From contig CALUNG010000009.1 in assembly GCA_944321955.1 (NCBI GenBank), positions 597-64,596 on the forward strand: DNA of 64,000 nt, read 5' to 3'. Positions 48,444 to 58,142 of this stretch are shown here, one piece after another. Below the pieces are notes generated by a model. It saw nothing but the letters and a program-made list of their open reading frames with translations, had not been told where the DNA came from and did not search any database. A program made the translations under genes and the position numbers. Positions within the stretch are counted from its first letter, which is position 1. Each line of letters begins with the position of its first letter. The DNA is from an uncultured Alistipes sp. Its GTDB lineage: Bacteria > Bacteroidota > Bacteroidia > Bacteroidales > Rikenellaceae.

Positions 48444-49811
48444 TCACTCTTCTGTAAAGAGTGCTTTGGGCAGTTGCGTTATGTTGTTTATGCGGACAAC
48501 CTCAATCCCTTTGATGCTTTTCGACGGTTTTGGCAGGTATCCCGATACGATTATGCGTTTGAATCCGAGTCTTGCGGCCTCGCTTATGCGTTGCTCGCTG
48601 CGCGGTGCAGGTCTTACCTCTCCCGAGAGACCCAGTTCGCCGGCACAGCATATTCCTTCATTTATAGGGCGGTCGTAGTATGATGAGATGACGGCCGCAA
48701 CGACCGCGAGATCGAGTCCCGTGTCGGCAATCTTGAAACCGCCGGCGAAATTGAGGAACACATCCTTCGTGAACATCTTCATGCCAACGCGCTTTTCGAG
48801 AATGGCCAGCAGCATGTTCATTCGCCGGGCATCGTATCCTGTCGTGTTGCGTTGCGGCGTGCCGTATGCCGCATTGCTGACCAAGGCCTGCACCTCTATG
48901 AGGTATGGCCTTATGCCGTCTACCGAGGCTCCTACTGCTATGCCGCTGAGCGGCTCGTCGTAGTGCGACAGCAGTATTTCGGACGGATTGGCAACTTCGT
49001 GCAGCCCGTCGTCGAGCATTTCGAATACTCCGATTTCGAACGTGGCGCCGAAACGGTTCTTTATTCCTCGCAGTATGCGGTAGATGTTGTTGCTGTCGCC
49101 TTCGAACTGCAGTACCACGTCGACTATGTGTTCAAGGATCTTGGGGCCGGCGATCGTGCCGTCCTTGGTGATGTGTCCGATGATGAATATCGACGTGCCG
49201 CTGCCTTTGGCATACTTGAGCAGCGTCGCGGCGCATTCGCGTATCTGCGATACGCTCCCGGCCGACGAGTCGAGCAGGTCGGTATAGATCGTCTGTATCG
49301 AGTCGACGATAACCAGATCGGGGTGTTGCTCCTCGATCTGTGCTACGATGTTTTCGAGCAGCGTTTCGGTGTATATCAGGCATTCGTCGTTGCCGATGCC
49401 GATGCGCGAGGACCTTAGCTTGATCTGCTCGGCCGACTCCTCGCCCGAAACGTACAGCGTGCGCAGTCCGTTGGCTGCCAGCGCCAACTGCAGCGATAGC
49501 GTCGATTTGCCTATTCCCGGTTCGCCGCCCAGAAGGACGAGCGACCCGGGTACGAGACCTCCGCCCAGTACACGGTTGACTTCGGCATTGCCGAGATCGA
49601 TACGGCGCCGGTCCGATTCGCGGATGTCGCGTACGCGCTGAGGCACCGAGGTCGGGACGTTGGCTATCGTCGCCGCAACCGAACCGCTTTCGCGGGCGAT
49701 GATCTCCTCAGTGAACGAGTTCCACTCGCCGCACGAAGGGCATCGTCCGAGCCATTTCGGAGCCTCGAATCCGCAGTTCTTGCAGAAGTATGCCTTTTTG
49801 ACCTTTGCCAT
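48444..49811 (-). CDS. radA: DNA repair protein RadA/Sms
   Basis: CxxC..CxxC zinc finger, GEPGIGKS, KNRFG motif, Lon-like C-terminus. Confidence 0.98.
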   Translation of the reverse strand: MAKVKKAYFCKNCGFEAPKWLGRCPSCGEWNSFTEEIIARESGSVAATIANVPTSVPQRVRDIRESDRRRIDLGNAEVNRVLGGGLVPGSLVLLGGEPGIGKSTLSLQLALAANGLRTLYVSGEESAEQIKLRSSRIGIGNDECLIYTETLLENIVAQIEEQHPDLVIVDSIQTIYTDLLDSSAGSVSQIRECAATLLKYAKGSGTSIFIIGHITKDGTIAGPKILEHIVDVVLQFEGDSNNIYRILRGIKNRFGATFEIGVFEMLDDGLHEVANPSEILLSHYDEPLSGIAVGASVDGIRPYLIEVQALVSNAAYGTPQRNTTGYDARRMNMLLAILEKRVGMKMFTKDVFLNFAGGFKIADTGLDLAVVAAVISSYYDRPINEGICCAGELGLSGEVRPAPRSEQRISEAARLGFKRIIVSGYLPKPSKSIKGIEVVRINNITQLPKALFTEE

Positions 49812-49823
49812 AGCCGGTAGTCG

Positions 49824-51143
49824 TTACTTTATGAAGAATCGGTATATGTCGTTGCCGTTGGCGAAGATGAGCAGCGCCAGTATGAGCAGCAGACCTATGT
49901 ACTGCGCTATTTCGAGGAAACGGTCGCTCGGCTTGCGTCCGGTTATCATCTCCCACAGCGTGAAGAGCGAATGCCCGCCGTCGAGACCCGGTATCGGGAT
50001 AATGTTCATGATGGCGAGGATTATCGACAAAAATGCAGTCGTGAACCAGAACTGCTGCCAGTCCCACTCTGAAGGAAATATGTTGCCTATGGCGATAAAT
50101 CCGCCCAGGTTCTTGTACATCTCGGTCTTGGGCTGGAAGATCATCTTGAGCTGTTGCCAGTAGTTCGATATGACGCGGCCCGTGAGGCGTGCTCCGGCCG
50201 GTATCGACTCCCAAAACGAATACTTCTCCGTACGCAGCGTTATTGGTGAGGTGGCTATGAATCCTATTTTACCGTCATTGTTGATCTGAAGTTCGATAGT
50301 CGTAATTTCGTTGCCTCGTGCTATGTCGATGGATGCACGTTGTCCGCTGTACTCCTTGAGAAGCTCCCTGACCTTTGCCGCATCCACGGCCTGCACTCCG
50401 TTTACGCCAAGAACGATGTCGCCGACAGCCAGGCCGGACTTGGCAGCGTTTGGTTCGGTAATTTCATGTACCTGCATCGGCACGCGCGGCACGTAGAGAT
50501 CGGTGTAGCTTTCGTTGTTGCGCATGGCAAGCAGCTTGTCGTATGGTATGTCGATGCTTCTGGGCATTCCCAGCCGCTCGACAAGTACATGTCTGTCCTT
50601 GTCCGAGAGAACCAGCATGTTCAGTATCTCGTTTACGTTGTCGATCTTCTCACCGTCGATCGAGATTATCTTGTCACCGTCGACAAAACCCATGTCGTGG
50701 CCTGTTTCGTTGAAGTTGTAGCCCCAGCGTATGTCGTCGTTGGCCAGATACGAACTGCCCCAGGTGTAAGAAATGCCGCAGTAGATGACAAATGCCAGCA
50801 GGAGGTTCATCACCACACCGGCGATCATCACCAGAAAACGCTGCCATGCCGGTTTCGCACGGAACTCGTCGGGCTTTACCGGCTGTTTCATCTGTTCCGT
50901 GTCGAGACTCTCGTCGATCATGCCGGCGATCTTGACATATCCTCCAAGCGGAATCCATCCGAGACCGTATTCCGTGTCGCCGCGCTTGAACTTGAAGATC
51001 GAGAACCACGGGTCGAAGAATATGTAGAACTTTTCGACCCTGATGCCGAACATGCGTGCTACGATATAGTGTCCGAATTCGTGTATCGCCACCAGAAGCG
51101 ACAACGACATGAAGAGTTGTATGACCTTGATAACTATTTCCAT
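49824..51143 (-). CDS. rseP: RIP metalloprotease RseP
   Basis: HEFGH, PDZ domains, NIIPIPGLDGGH. Confidence 0.97.
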   Translation of the reverse strand: MEIVIKVIQLFMSLSLLVAIHEFGHYIVARMFGIRVEKFYIFFDPWFSIFKFKRGDTEYGLGWIPLGGYVKIAGMIDESLDTEQMKQPVKPDEFRAKPAWQRFLVMIAGVVMNLLLAFVIYCGISYTWGSSYLANDDIRWGYNFNETGHDMGFVDGDKIISIDGEKIDNVNEILNMLVLSDKDRHVLVERLGMPRSIDIPYDKLLAMRNNESYTDLYVPRVPMQVHEITEPNAAKSGLAVGDIVLGVNGVQAVDAAKVRELLKEYSGQRASIDIARGNEITTIELQINNDGKIGFIATSPITLRTEKYSFWESIPAGARLTGRVISNYWQQLKMIFQPKTEMYKNLGGFIAIGNIFPSEWDWQQFWFTTAFLSIILAIMNIIPIPGLDGGHSLFTLWEMITGRKPSDRFLEIAQYIGLLLILALLIFANGNDIYRFFIK

Positions 51144-51153
51144 TTTCCTGTGT

Positions 51154-52308
51154 CTATATTCCTAAAAAGTTTCTTGCTGTATTTCGTGCTTCGGCATTGC
51201 ATAGCGCATAATCGTCCAGTGTGGGTGATGCGATGAACGTTGCCTTGCCGAGCGTATGTTCTATGGTTCGTACGATATCGGTATATCCGCATTTGTGGTT
51301 GAGGAATGCCCCCACGGCCACCTCATTTGCGCCGTTCATTGTGCAGGCTGCCGTGCCGCCGCGTCGCAGGCAGTCGTATGCGATATCGAGGGCCGGATAT
51401 TTCACGCGATCCACCTCGCGGAATGTAAGCGTAGGGTGGTCGGCGAAGCTGAATCGTTCAGATGGTCTCGATGCGCGGTGCGGAAACATCAGAGCAAAAC
51501 TTATCGGCATGTGCATGTCTGGCGTGCCGAGCTGCGCCTTCAGTGCGCCGTCCTCGAACTCGACCAGCGAATGTACGATCGACTGCGGATGGATAATGAC
51601 CGATATGCGGTCGGCATCCACACCGAACAGCCAGTGAGCCTCGATGACTTCGAATCCCTTGTTAACGAGCGTGGCCGAATCTATTGTGATCTTGGCTCCC
51701 ATCGTCCACTGCGGATGTTTTAGAGCCTGTTCGGCTGTCATGTCTTTCAGCGCTTCGCGCGGCAGGTCGCGGAAAGCGCCTCCGCTGCATGTTATTATGA
51801 GACGTCTCAGTGGCGACTGCTCGCCGATTAGGCACTGGAATATGGCCGAATGTTCCGAGTCGACCGGAAGTATCGGCACACGGCGTTCAAGCGCCATCTT
51901 CATGATGATGTCCCCGCCGACGACCAGACTCTCCTTGTTGGCAAGGGCAACCTTCTTGCCGTTCTCGATGGCCCGTACCGTTGGCATCATTCCGGCATAT
52001 CCGACAAGCGCATTGACAACGGTGTCTACGTTTGAATTGGCCGTTATGTCGCTTATGGCCTTCTCACCTGCATAGACTTTGATGTCGGTATCGGACAGCG
52101 CCTCCTTGAGCTGCGGATAGAGCCTTTCGTCGGCGATGACTACGCTGTCGGCATCGAACTCCATGGCCTGACGTGCCAGCAACTCCCAGTTGCGGTTCGC
52201 CGTCAGCGTCACTACTTCGAAAAGATCGGGATTTTCGCGAACGATATCGAGTGTCTGGACTCCTATCGAGCCTGTAGAACCGAGTATTGCGAGACCTTGT
52301 TTCTTCAT
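51154..52308 (-). CDS. dxr: 1-deoxy-D-xylulose-5-phosphate reductoisomerase
   Basis: Start MKKQ; LGSTGSIG, LANKESLV, PVDSEH, MGAKITIDSATL.NKG.E. Confidence 0.98.
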   Translation of the reverse strand: MKKQGLAILGSTGSIGVQTLDIVRENPDLFEVVTLTANRNWELLARQAMEFDADSVVIADERLYPQLKEALSDTDIKVYAGEKAISDITANSNVDTVVNALVGYAGMMPTVRAIENGKKVALANKESLVVGGDIIMKMALERRVPILPVDSEHSAIFQCLIGEQSPLRRLIITCSGGAFRDLPREALKDMTAEQALKHPQWTMGAKITIDSATLVNKGFEVIEAHWLFGVDADRISVIIHPQSIVHSLVEFEDGALKAQLGTPDMHMPISFALMFPHRASRPSERFSFADHPTLTFREVDRVKYPALDIAYDCLRRGGTAACTMNGANEVAVGAFLNHKCGYTDIVRTIEHTLGKATFIASPTLDDYALCNAEARNTARNFLGI

Positions 52309-52313
52309 TTCAT

Positions 52314-53183
52314 TCAAAATACGATGTAACCTTCCGGATCTACGGCCTTGCCTCCGTTCCACAACTCGAAGCCGAACTGGTCGCTGCCGTCGTCGGCCCG
52401 TTCGCTCGCGCTGTATCCGATTACCTCGCTGCCTCGTACGTTCTGCCCTTTGGTGACGATGGTCTGCGACAGATTCCTGTATACCGATACAAGTCCGTTT
52501 GGATGCTGTATCTCGATTATGTATGCCTTGTCGGGTGTCCAGATGCTTGTCAGAACAGTCCCGTCGGCCGTAGCCATTACCGGTGACATCGAGGCACTTG
52601 CCATGCGGATTCCGTATTTGCCGCCCTTGATGTCGAAGTGCGAGGTTATTATGCCGTCGACCGGCACCGTCATCTCCAGATTGTCGCGTCCGGCCTGACG
52701 TTGCGGCACGGTCGTATGAAGTCCGTAGATGCCGTTACCTTCCATCTGGGCGCGAAGCAGCGAATCTTCTGCCGACGGGGCGACGAGCGCCTTGTTGCGA
52801 TGTATGCTGTCGGTGGCTATCGTGGTCCTCACGGCGGGGGTCTTGCCGTTGATTATAAGTACTATGTTTTCGTTGTAGGTAAGCATGTCGTTCATGCGGC
52901 GCTCCATCGAATCGAGACGCATGATGTTGGCCATGAGACTCTCTCGCGAACGCACGGCGTCGCTCTTGTAACCGGGCAGGAACTCGATTACAGGTGTATA
53001 GGCCACCAGCAGCAATACTATGATGAAAATCAGAAGGACGAGGGCCAGAAGTCCCGCGAATGCACCTGCCGGTGACACCAGCACATGCCACTCTTCGCTC
53101 TTGTCCTCTACGCTCAGCATACTGAAACGGCGCTTATGCAGAGCGCTTTTCCACCATGCCGCAAACGAATCAAACCATTTCAT
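52314..53183 (-). CDS. M23 family peptidase-like protein, catalytically degenerate
   Basis: TM + coiled region + M23 fold (VMATADG, QHPNG, GFELW..G..VDP); Zn ligands absent. Confidence 0.85.
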   Translation of the reverse strand: MKWFDSFAAWWKSALHKRRFSMLSVEDKSEEWHVLVSPAGAFAGLLALVLLIFIIVLLLVAYTPVIEFLPGYKSDAVRSRESLMANIMRLDSMERRMNDMLTYNENIVLIINGKTPAVRTTIATDSIHRNKALVAPSAEDSLLRAQMEGNGIYGLHTTVPQRQAGRDNLEMTVPVDGIITSHFDIKGGKYGIRMASASMSPVMATADGTVLTSIWTPDKAYIIEIQHPNGLVSVYRNLSQTIVTKGQNVRGSEVIGYSASERADDGSDQFGFELWNGGKAVDPEGYIVF

Positions 53184-53204
53184 ACAAATGCTTTCGAATA
53201 AATG

Positions 53205-53265
53205 CAAAGATAGGGAAAAATGGCGAATAGCATGTATCCGCATAACCGATTTTTTGCTACCTTTG
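53205..53265. promoter_or_regulatory. Back-to-back divergent -7 boxes
   Basis: TATCTTTG on minus (53205-53212) and TACCTTTG on plus (53258-53265). Confidence 0.6.
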
Positions 53266-53295
53266 CGCATAACTAAACGAAAAAACCTTGAAATT

Positions 53296-54204
53296 ATGAT
53301 TAAACCGACATTATTGGTTCTTGCGGCCGGAATGGGATCGCGTTACGGTTCTCTCAAACAGATGGATGGGGTGGGCCCCAACGGCGAAGCCATTATCGAC
53401 TATTCGATTTACGACGCCATTCGCGCCGGATTCGGCAAGGTGGTGTTCGTCATACGGCACTCTTTTGCCAAGGAGTTCATGGAGGTATTCAACGAGAAGC
53501 GTTTCGGCGGCAAGATAGCCGTCGAGTATGTCTATCAGGAGCTCGATTATCTGCCCGAAGGGTTTACTGTGCCCGAAGGCCGTGTCAAGCCGTGGGGTAC
53601 GAATCATGCCGTAATGATGGCGGCCGACGCAATTCATGAGCCTTTTGCCGTGATAAATGCCGATGACTTTTACGGTGAGGATGCGTATAAGGTTATAGGT
53701 GAGTATCTGAAGGGCCTCACTGGATCCGAGAACCACTACTGCATGGTAGGATACGAGGTGAGCAAGACGCTTTCGGAGAATGGTACGGTATCGCGCGGTG
53801 TCTGCACCGTCGACGAGAACAAGTTCCTCAAGTCGATGGTCGAGCGTACGCAGATTGAACGCGTCAACGGTACCATACTTTTCCATGACGGTGGAGCCGA
53901 CGAGCCATTGGCCGAGAATACTCCCGTTTCGATGAACCTGTTCGGATTTACCCCGGATTTCTTCCGCTATTCGAAAGAGTATTTCGTTGAGTTCCTCAAG
54001 GCCAACAAGGACAACCTAAAGGCTGAATTCTTTATTCCTTTGATGGTTAACTACCTTATAAGCAACGGTATTGCCAAGCTCAAGGTGCTGAGTACGACTG
54101 CTCAGTGGTTCGGTGTAACCTACAAGGAAGACAAGCCTGCATTGATGGCAAAGATCGAGGCGCTTATCGAAAAGGGCGTATACCCTCGCAATCTGTGGGC
54201 ATAG
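53296..54204 (+). CDS. Sugar-phosphate nucleotidyltransferase family protein
   Basis: Start MIKPT; LVLAAGMGSRYG, KPWGT, INADDFYG, WFGVTY. Confidence 0.9.
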   Translation: MIKPTLLVLAAGMGSRYGSLKQMDGVGPNGEAIIDYSIYDAIRAGFGKVVFVIRHSFAKEFMEVFNEKRFGGKIAVEYVYQELDYLPEGFTVPEGRVKPWGTNHAVMMAADAIHEPFAVINADDFYGEDAYKVIGEYLKGLTGSENHYCMVGYEVSKTLSENGTVSRGVCTVDENKFLKSMVERTQIERVNGTILFHDGGADEPLAENTPVSMNLFGFTPDFFRYSKEYFVEFLKANKDNLKAEFFIPLMVNYLISNGIAKLKVLSTTAQWFGVTYKEDKPALMAKIEALIEKGVYPRNLWA

Positions 54205-54222
54205 TACCGGTATACGGAAACG

Positions 54223-54256
54223 AAAAGCGACTGTCTTGATTGGCAGTCGCTTTTTT
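54223..54256. terminator. Bidirectional intrinsic terminator
   Basis: AAAAGCGACTGTC-TTGATT-GGCAGTCGCTTTT. Confidence 0.85.
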
Positions 54257-54280
54257 GATAATAGTGGTCTGAAAGAGTGT

Positions 54281-54673
54281 TTATTTGTCGAGTATACCTT
54301 CACGTACAAGCAGCTCTCGAACCTTTTCCCAGTCGACGAACGGACGATTGATACCTTCCCTTGTTTTCAACGGACAGCCCAAGGCGCTGTCGTCGATATA
54401 TATGTCGGCATATACCTTTGGAGACTTTGTCCATTCGTGCTGCGACGGATTCTCGTTCGATGCATACAGCTTTATGCCATTCTTTTCGAACCACTCTTCG
54501 GCTCTTTGGAGCAGAGTTCCACTGCGCATCGTATTAAGAATTATTCTGTACCCGTTGTCGGAGAGCTCCTTCAATACCGGTACGGCCCCTATGTCGAATC
54601 CAGTGTGCGGATATTCGTGTGAGACGCACGTTCCGTCGAAGTCTACTGCTATGACACAATCCTTTTCCGCCAT
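54281..54673 (-). CDS. Small capless HAD-superfamily phosphatase (BT0820-like)
   Basis: VDFDGT (motif I), NTMR (II), SPK (III), YIDD (IV) in 130 aa. Confidence 0.85.
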   Translation of the reverse strand: MAEKDCVIAVDFDGTCVSHEYPHTGFDIGAVPVLKELSDNGYRIILNTMRSGTLLQRAEEWFEKNGIKLYASNENPSQHEWTKSPKVYADIYIDDSALGCPLKTREGINRPFVDWEKVRELLVREGILDK

Positions 54674-54678
54674 GACAG

Positions 54679-57153
54679 CTATGCTTTATCTTGTTTACGA
54701 ACTTTTGACAGCAGGTACCTTAATATTTTGCCGATTCCTTTCGTCTTTTTGTTGTCGTCATCGTCGGACAAGCCGTAATCATATCCATATCCATATCCAT
54801 ATCCTCGTTTCGTGTATTTTGAGCCGTTGAGGACGATGCACATGTTCAACAGTTTGTGCCCGCGATAGAGATTCTCTATATCCGGAAGTTGTCTACGGTC
54901 TGAAACACCTTCCCTTATTACGTATATGCAAAGATCTGAAAGGCGATTCATTATCATTGCATCGGCAACGGCCATGGCCGGAACACTGTCTATTATGATA
55001 TAATCATACTCTTGTCTCAGTTGTTCGAACAACTTGTCAAGACGCTCGGACATGAGCATCTCTGCCGGGTTGGGTGGTTGCAGACCTGCATACATCATGT
55101 CGAGATTGTCGTGCAAATCTCGTTTTGATATTACCTGTTTGACATCATCTACCATACCGGTCATGTATGCCGTCAGTCCATTGGGGTCGTGTCTGTGTCC
55201 AAGTTGCTTGGATAACGTACGGCGACGCAGATCCAGATCTAACAGCAGGACCTTTTTGCCGGACATGGCAAGAGTTACGGCCAGATTTGTCGACACGAAA
55301 GTTTTGCCTGCAGCTGGTGTCGAGGATGTTACCTGTATGACCTTGATGTTATTGCCATGTACGTTCATGAACCCCATGTTCGTACGCAGTATCCTGAATG
55401 CTTCTGAGATACTGTCGCGTCCATTTTCTCTTACTGCTATGGAACCGCGTCCCATAGTCCCTTCATATATGGGTATATCTCCGAGGTACGGTACACTCAG
55501 GAACCTTTCGATATCCTTGCGTCCTTTCACTGTCGTGTCGAGCAACGCTATGAGATATATGGCGCCGAACGGTATTATGAAACCGATGACAAGAGCACCC
55601 AGCAAAGTTAACATGGTGTTTGGATAAATCGGACGTGAAGGCCCGAAAGCCGAGTCAACGATGCGGGCATTGTTTTCGGTGATGGCCAGCGTAAGGGCAT
55701 TCTCCTCACGTTTGTTGAGCAGGTACAGGTAGAGTTCTTCCTTGATGCGTTGTTGGCGTGCGATTGAAAGATATCTTTTCTCCTGCGAGGGCGCTGACGA
55801 GATGCGGCGGTTGGTCTTGTCCTCCTCCTTGCGGATACTTTGCAGCTGTATGCCTAATGCATTCATGTGCGAGTCGAGAGCTGCAATTATTGAATTGCGT
55901 ACGGATGACAGATTCCGGTCTAAATCCTGTACTACGGGATTGTTCACGGCACCGTCCGACAACAGTTTCTCACGTCGTATGACAGCCAGATTGTAATCCT
56001 CGATCTGCGAATTCAGGGCAGATCCCGAGGCGCCCGAGAATGCGGCGGTAGCAGGTATCAGGGCGAACTGACGACTGTCGTCGCTCAAATAGTCGCGTAT
56101 GTATCTTGCAACCTCGATCTGGTTTTCTACGCTAAGGCCTTCGGTCTTGAAGGCCGAACTCTCGGCTGTTATGCGCGTAGCTTCCGTCTCAAGGTCGAAA
56201 ATATTGTTCTCTTTCTTGAATACCTCTATCTCCTTGTCCACTGCGCCCAGTTCCTGACCGATTATTCCAAGGCGTTCGTCGATGAATTCGGCGGTGGTCT
56301 CGGCTATGACCTGCTTGTCTCGTACGGCGTCATTGTTGTAGGCATCAATGAGCGAGTTTAGGATGTCTTCGGCACGTTGTGGTACGTTGTCGTTGAGCGA
56401 CAGTACGATAATCGACGACTGTTTGTTGGCTACCGCCGACTGTATGGCATTTCTGTATGAGTTGGCTACGGCCGTTGCGCTGCCCTTGCTCACTGATATT
56501 GTGGAATCGTCGTAGTCTTCAGGTATCAAGAACGGGGTCTTGTTTACCACGACTCTTCCGACTGGGGTAGTAATCGTATCGCCGAAAGATGCTTCGATCA
56601 CTTCTCTGCGTTCGCGGCGTTTAAGGTCTTTGGCCTTGAAGTTAGTGACGGCTATCTTGTTGCCGCCCTTCAGTTGCACGTCAAAGGAGCATCCTTTGAC
56701 GCCAGCCCCGTCCAGAACGTCGGCCGCGATGGGAGAAGAGTGGTAAAGATCCACTTCGCATAATCCTGGTTTGGTCTTGTAACTGGTTGTCAGACCGAGC
56801 TTCTCGACCACCTCTACCATGAGACGGCGCGACTGCAGTACGAAGAGTTCGTTATCGACGTTACGGCGTGACGATAGACCTATTATGTCGCTGAATGCCG
56901 ATATGTCGTTGCTGCCCTTGCGGCTGTCCTTGATAAGGATAGTGGCCTGACGCTTGTATACTTTCGGCGTGCTGGCTATATAGTAGAATCCTGCACACAG
57001 ACATATAAACATCGATATAGCGAACCAATACCATTTCTTGAGCATGAACATTATCAGTTCCATCAGCGAGAATGTCTGTACCGATTCAGTGTCGTTGCCG
57101 TATTCGCCCTGCTGTTGCGGGGCGTTATTGAGATTTATGTTCGTATCCGACAT
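54679..57153 (-). CDS. wzc: Polysaccharide co-polymerase / BY-kinase
   Basis: Wzz-like N-terminus, SEAFRILRTN, Walker A SSTPAAGKT, LLLDLDLR, IIDSVP, C-terminal GYGYGYGYDY cluster. Confidence 0.95.
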   Translation of the reverse strand: MSDTNINLNNAPQQQGEYGNDTESVQTFSLMELIMFMLKKWYWFAISMFICLCAGFYYIASTPKVYKRQATILIKDSRKGSNDISAFSDIIGLSSRRNVDNELFVLQSRRLMVEVVEKLGLTTSYKTKPGLCEVDLYHSSPIAADVLDGAGVKGCSFDVQLKGGNKIAVTNFKAKDLKRRERREVIEASFGDTITTPVGRVVVNKTPFLIPEDYDDSTISVSKGSATAVANSYRNAIQSAVANKQSSIIVLSLNDNVPQRAEDILNSLIDAYNNDAVRDKQVIAETTAEFIDERLGIIGQELGAVDKEIEVFKKENNIFDLETEATRITAESSAFKTEGLSVENQIEVARYIRDYLSDDSRQFALIPATAAFSGASGSALNSQIEDYNLAVIRREKLLSDGAVNNPVVQDLDRNLSSVRNSIIAALDSHMNALGIQLQSIRKEEDKTNRRISSAPSQEKRYLSIARQQRIKEELYLYLLNKREENALTLAITENNARIVDSAFGPSRPIYPNTMLTLLGALVIGFIIPFGAIYLIALLDTTVKGRKDIERFLSVPYLGDIPIYEGTMGRGSIAVRENGRDSISEAFRILRTNMGFMNVHGNNIKVIQVTSSTPAAGKTFVSTNLAVTLAMSGKKVLLLDLDLRRRTLSKQLGHRHDPNGLTAYMTGMVDDVKQVISKRDLHDNLDMMYAGLQPPNPAEMLMSERLDKLFEQLRQEYDYIIIDSVPAMAVADAMIMNRLSDLCIYVIREGVSDRRQLPDIENLYRGHKLLNMCIVLNGSKYTKRGYGYGYGYDYGLSDDDDNKKTKGIGKILRYLLSKVRKQDKA
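54781..54804 (-). repeat. Perfect (GGATAT)4 microsatellite encoding Wzc (GY)4
   Basis: ATATCC x4 on the plus strand. Confidence 0.85.
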
Positions 57154-57165
57154 TGGTGAGTCTTA

Positions 57166-57975
57166 CTATTTGGTGAGCGAAATGATAGATATTATAAGGG
57201 TCGATACACTAACCAGAGAGCTTACCAGCGATAACCAGAATGTGCGGTTTTGGTTGATTTCGGCAGTTGCGGCCTTGTATCTGTTTGGCTTAACGTATAC
57301 TATGTCGTTCTGCTGCAGGTAGTAGCATGGGGATGAAAACATGTCTTTCGAACGCAGATCGAGATATGTGACTACACTCTTGCCGTCCACCTCGCGTATT
57401 ACGGCTACTTCTGAACGCACTCCGTAGATGGTAAGGTCTCCGGCCAGAGCAAGTGCATCGAGCACGGTTATTTCGTCGTGGATGATATCGTACTGTCCCG
57501 GACGCGACACCTCTCCCATGACGGTTATTTTCATGTCGGCGAACTGTACATTGACGGATGGATCGGAGATATAACCTCCTTCACGGATTTTGTCTGCGAT
57601 TTCCTTTGCGAGTTCGCTGCGGGTACGTCCTTCACATTGAATCATTCCTATGATCGGCATGTCGAGAGTCCCGTCCGGAGCTACGGTACGGACCTGTAGC
57701 GATTGTTCTCCGTTTACGGAAGAAGTGATGCGGGTGTCGGCCGCCAGCGAGTTGTATGTCGATGTCATGTTGAACGGGGCGGCCAGTTCCGGATCCTTGC
57801 TTGATACGATTATCTTAAGTTTGTCAAGAGGCTTTATTCGTATTTGTCCATTCTCTACCATCGTGACCATATCCTGATTTTTGGCGTCCTGGAGATATAC
57901 GATGCGTTTCTGTACGTTGCACGAACACAGCGCAACAACTGCAAATATGCCTATGAACACGTTTGATATTTTCAT
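57166..57975 (-). CDS. wza: Polysaccharide export OM lipoprotein
   Basis: Lipobox LCSC, IKPLDKL, ITVMGEV.RPG, DALALAGDL, YLQQNDIVYV; -7 box TATCTTTG at 58016-58023 (minus). Confidence 0.93.
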   Translation of the reverse strand: MKISNVFIGIFAVVALCSCNVQKRIVYLQDAKNQDMVTMVENGQIRIKPLDKLKIIVSSKDPELAAPFNMTSTYNSLAADTRITSSVNGEQSLQVRTVAPDGTLDMPIIGMIQCEGRTRSELAKEIADKIREGGYISDPSVNVQFADMKITVMGEVSRPGQYDIIHDEITVLDALALAGDLTIYGVRSEVAVIREVDGKSVVTYLDLRSKDMFSSPCYYLQQNDIVYVKPNRYKAATAEINQNRTFWLSLVSSLVSVSTLIISIISLTK

Positions 57976-58142
57976 GTTTATAAGTATCGTTTTTAGGCGG
58001 CTGAATAAATTTATGCAAAGATATTATATTGTCTTGATATAATCAAAAAAGATAACTGGAAAATAGATAAAAGAGCCCATTTGCAATTGTATTTCCGTCA
58101 GATTATGTAAATTTGGCAGAATTTGATGAAAAAGGTTGTATC

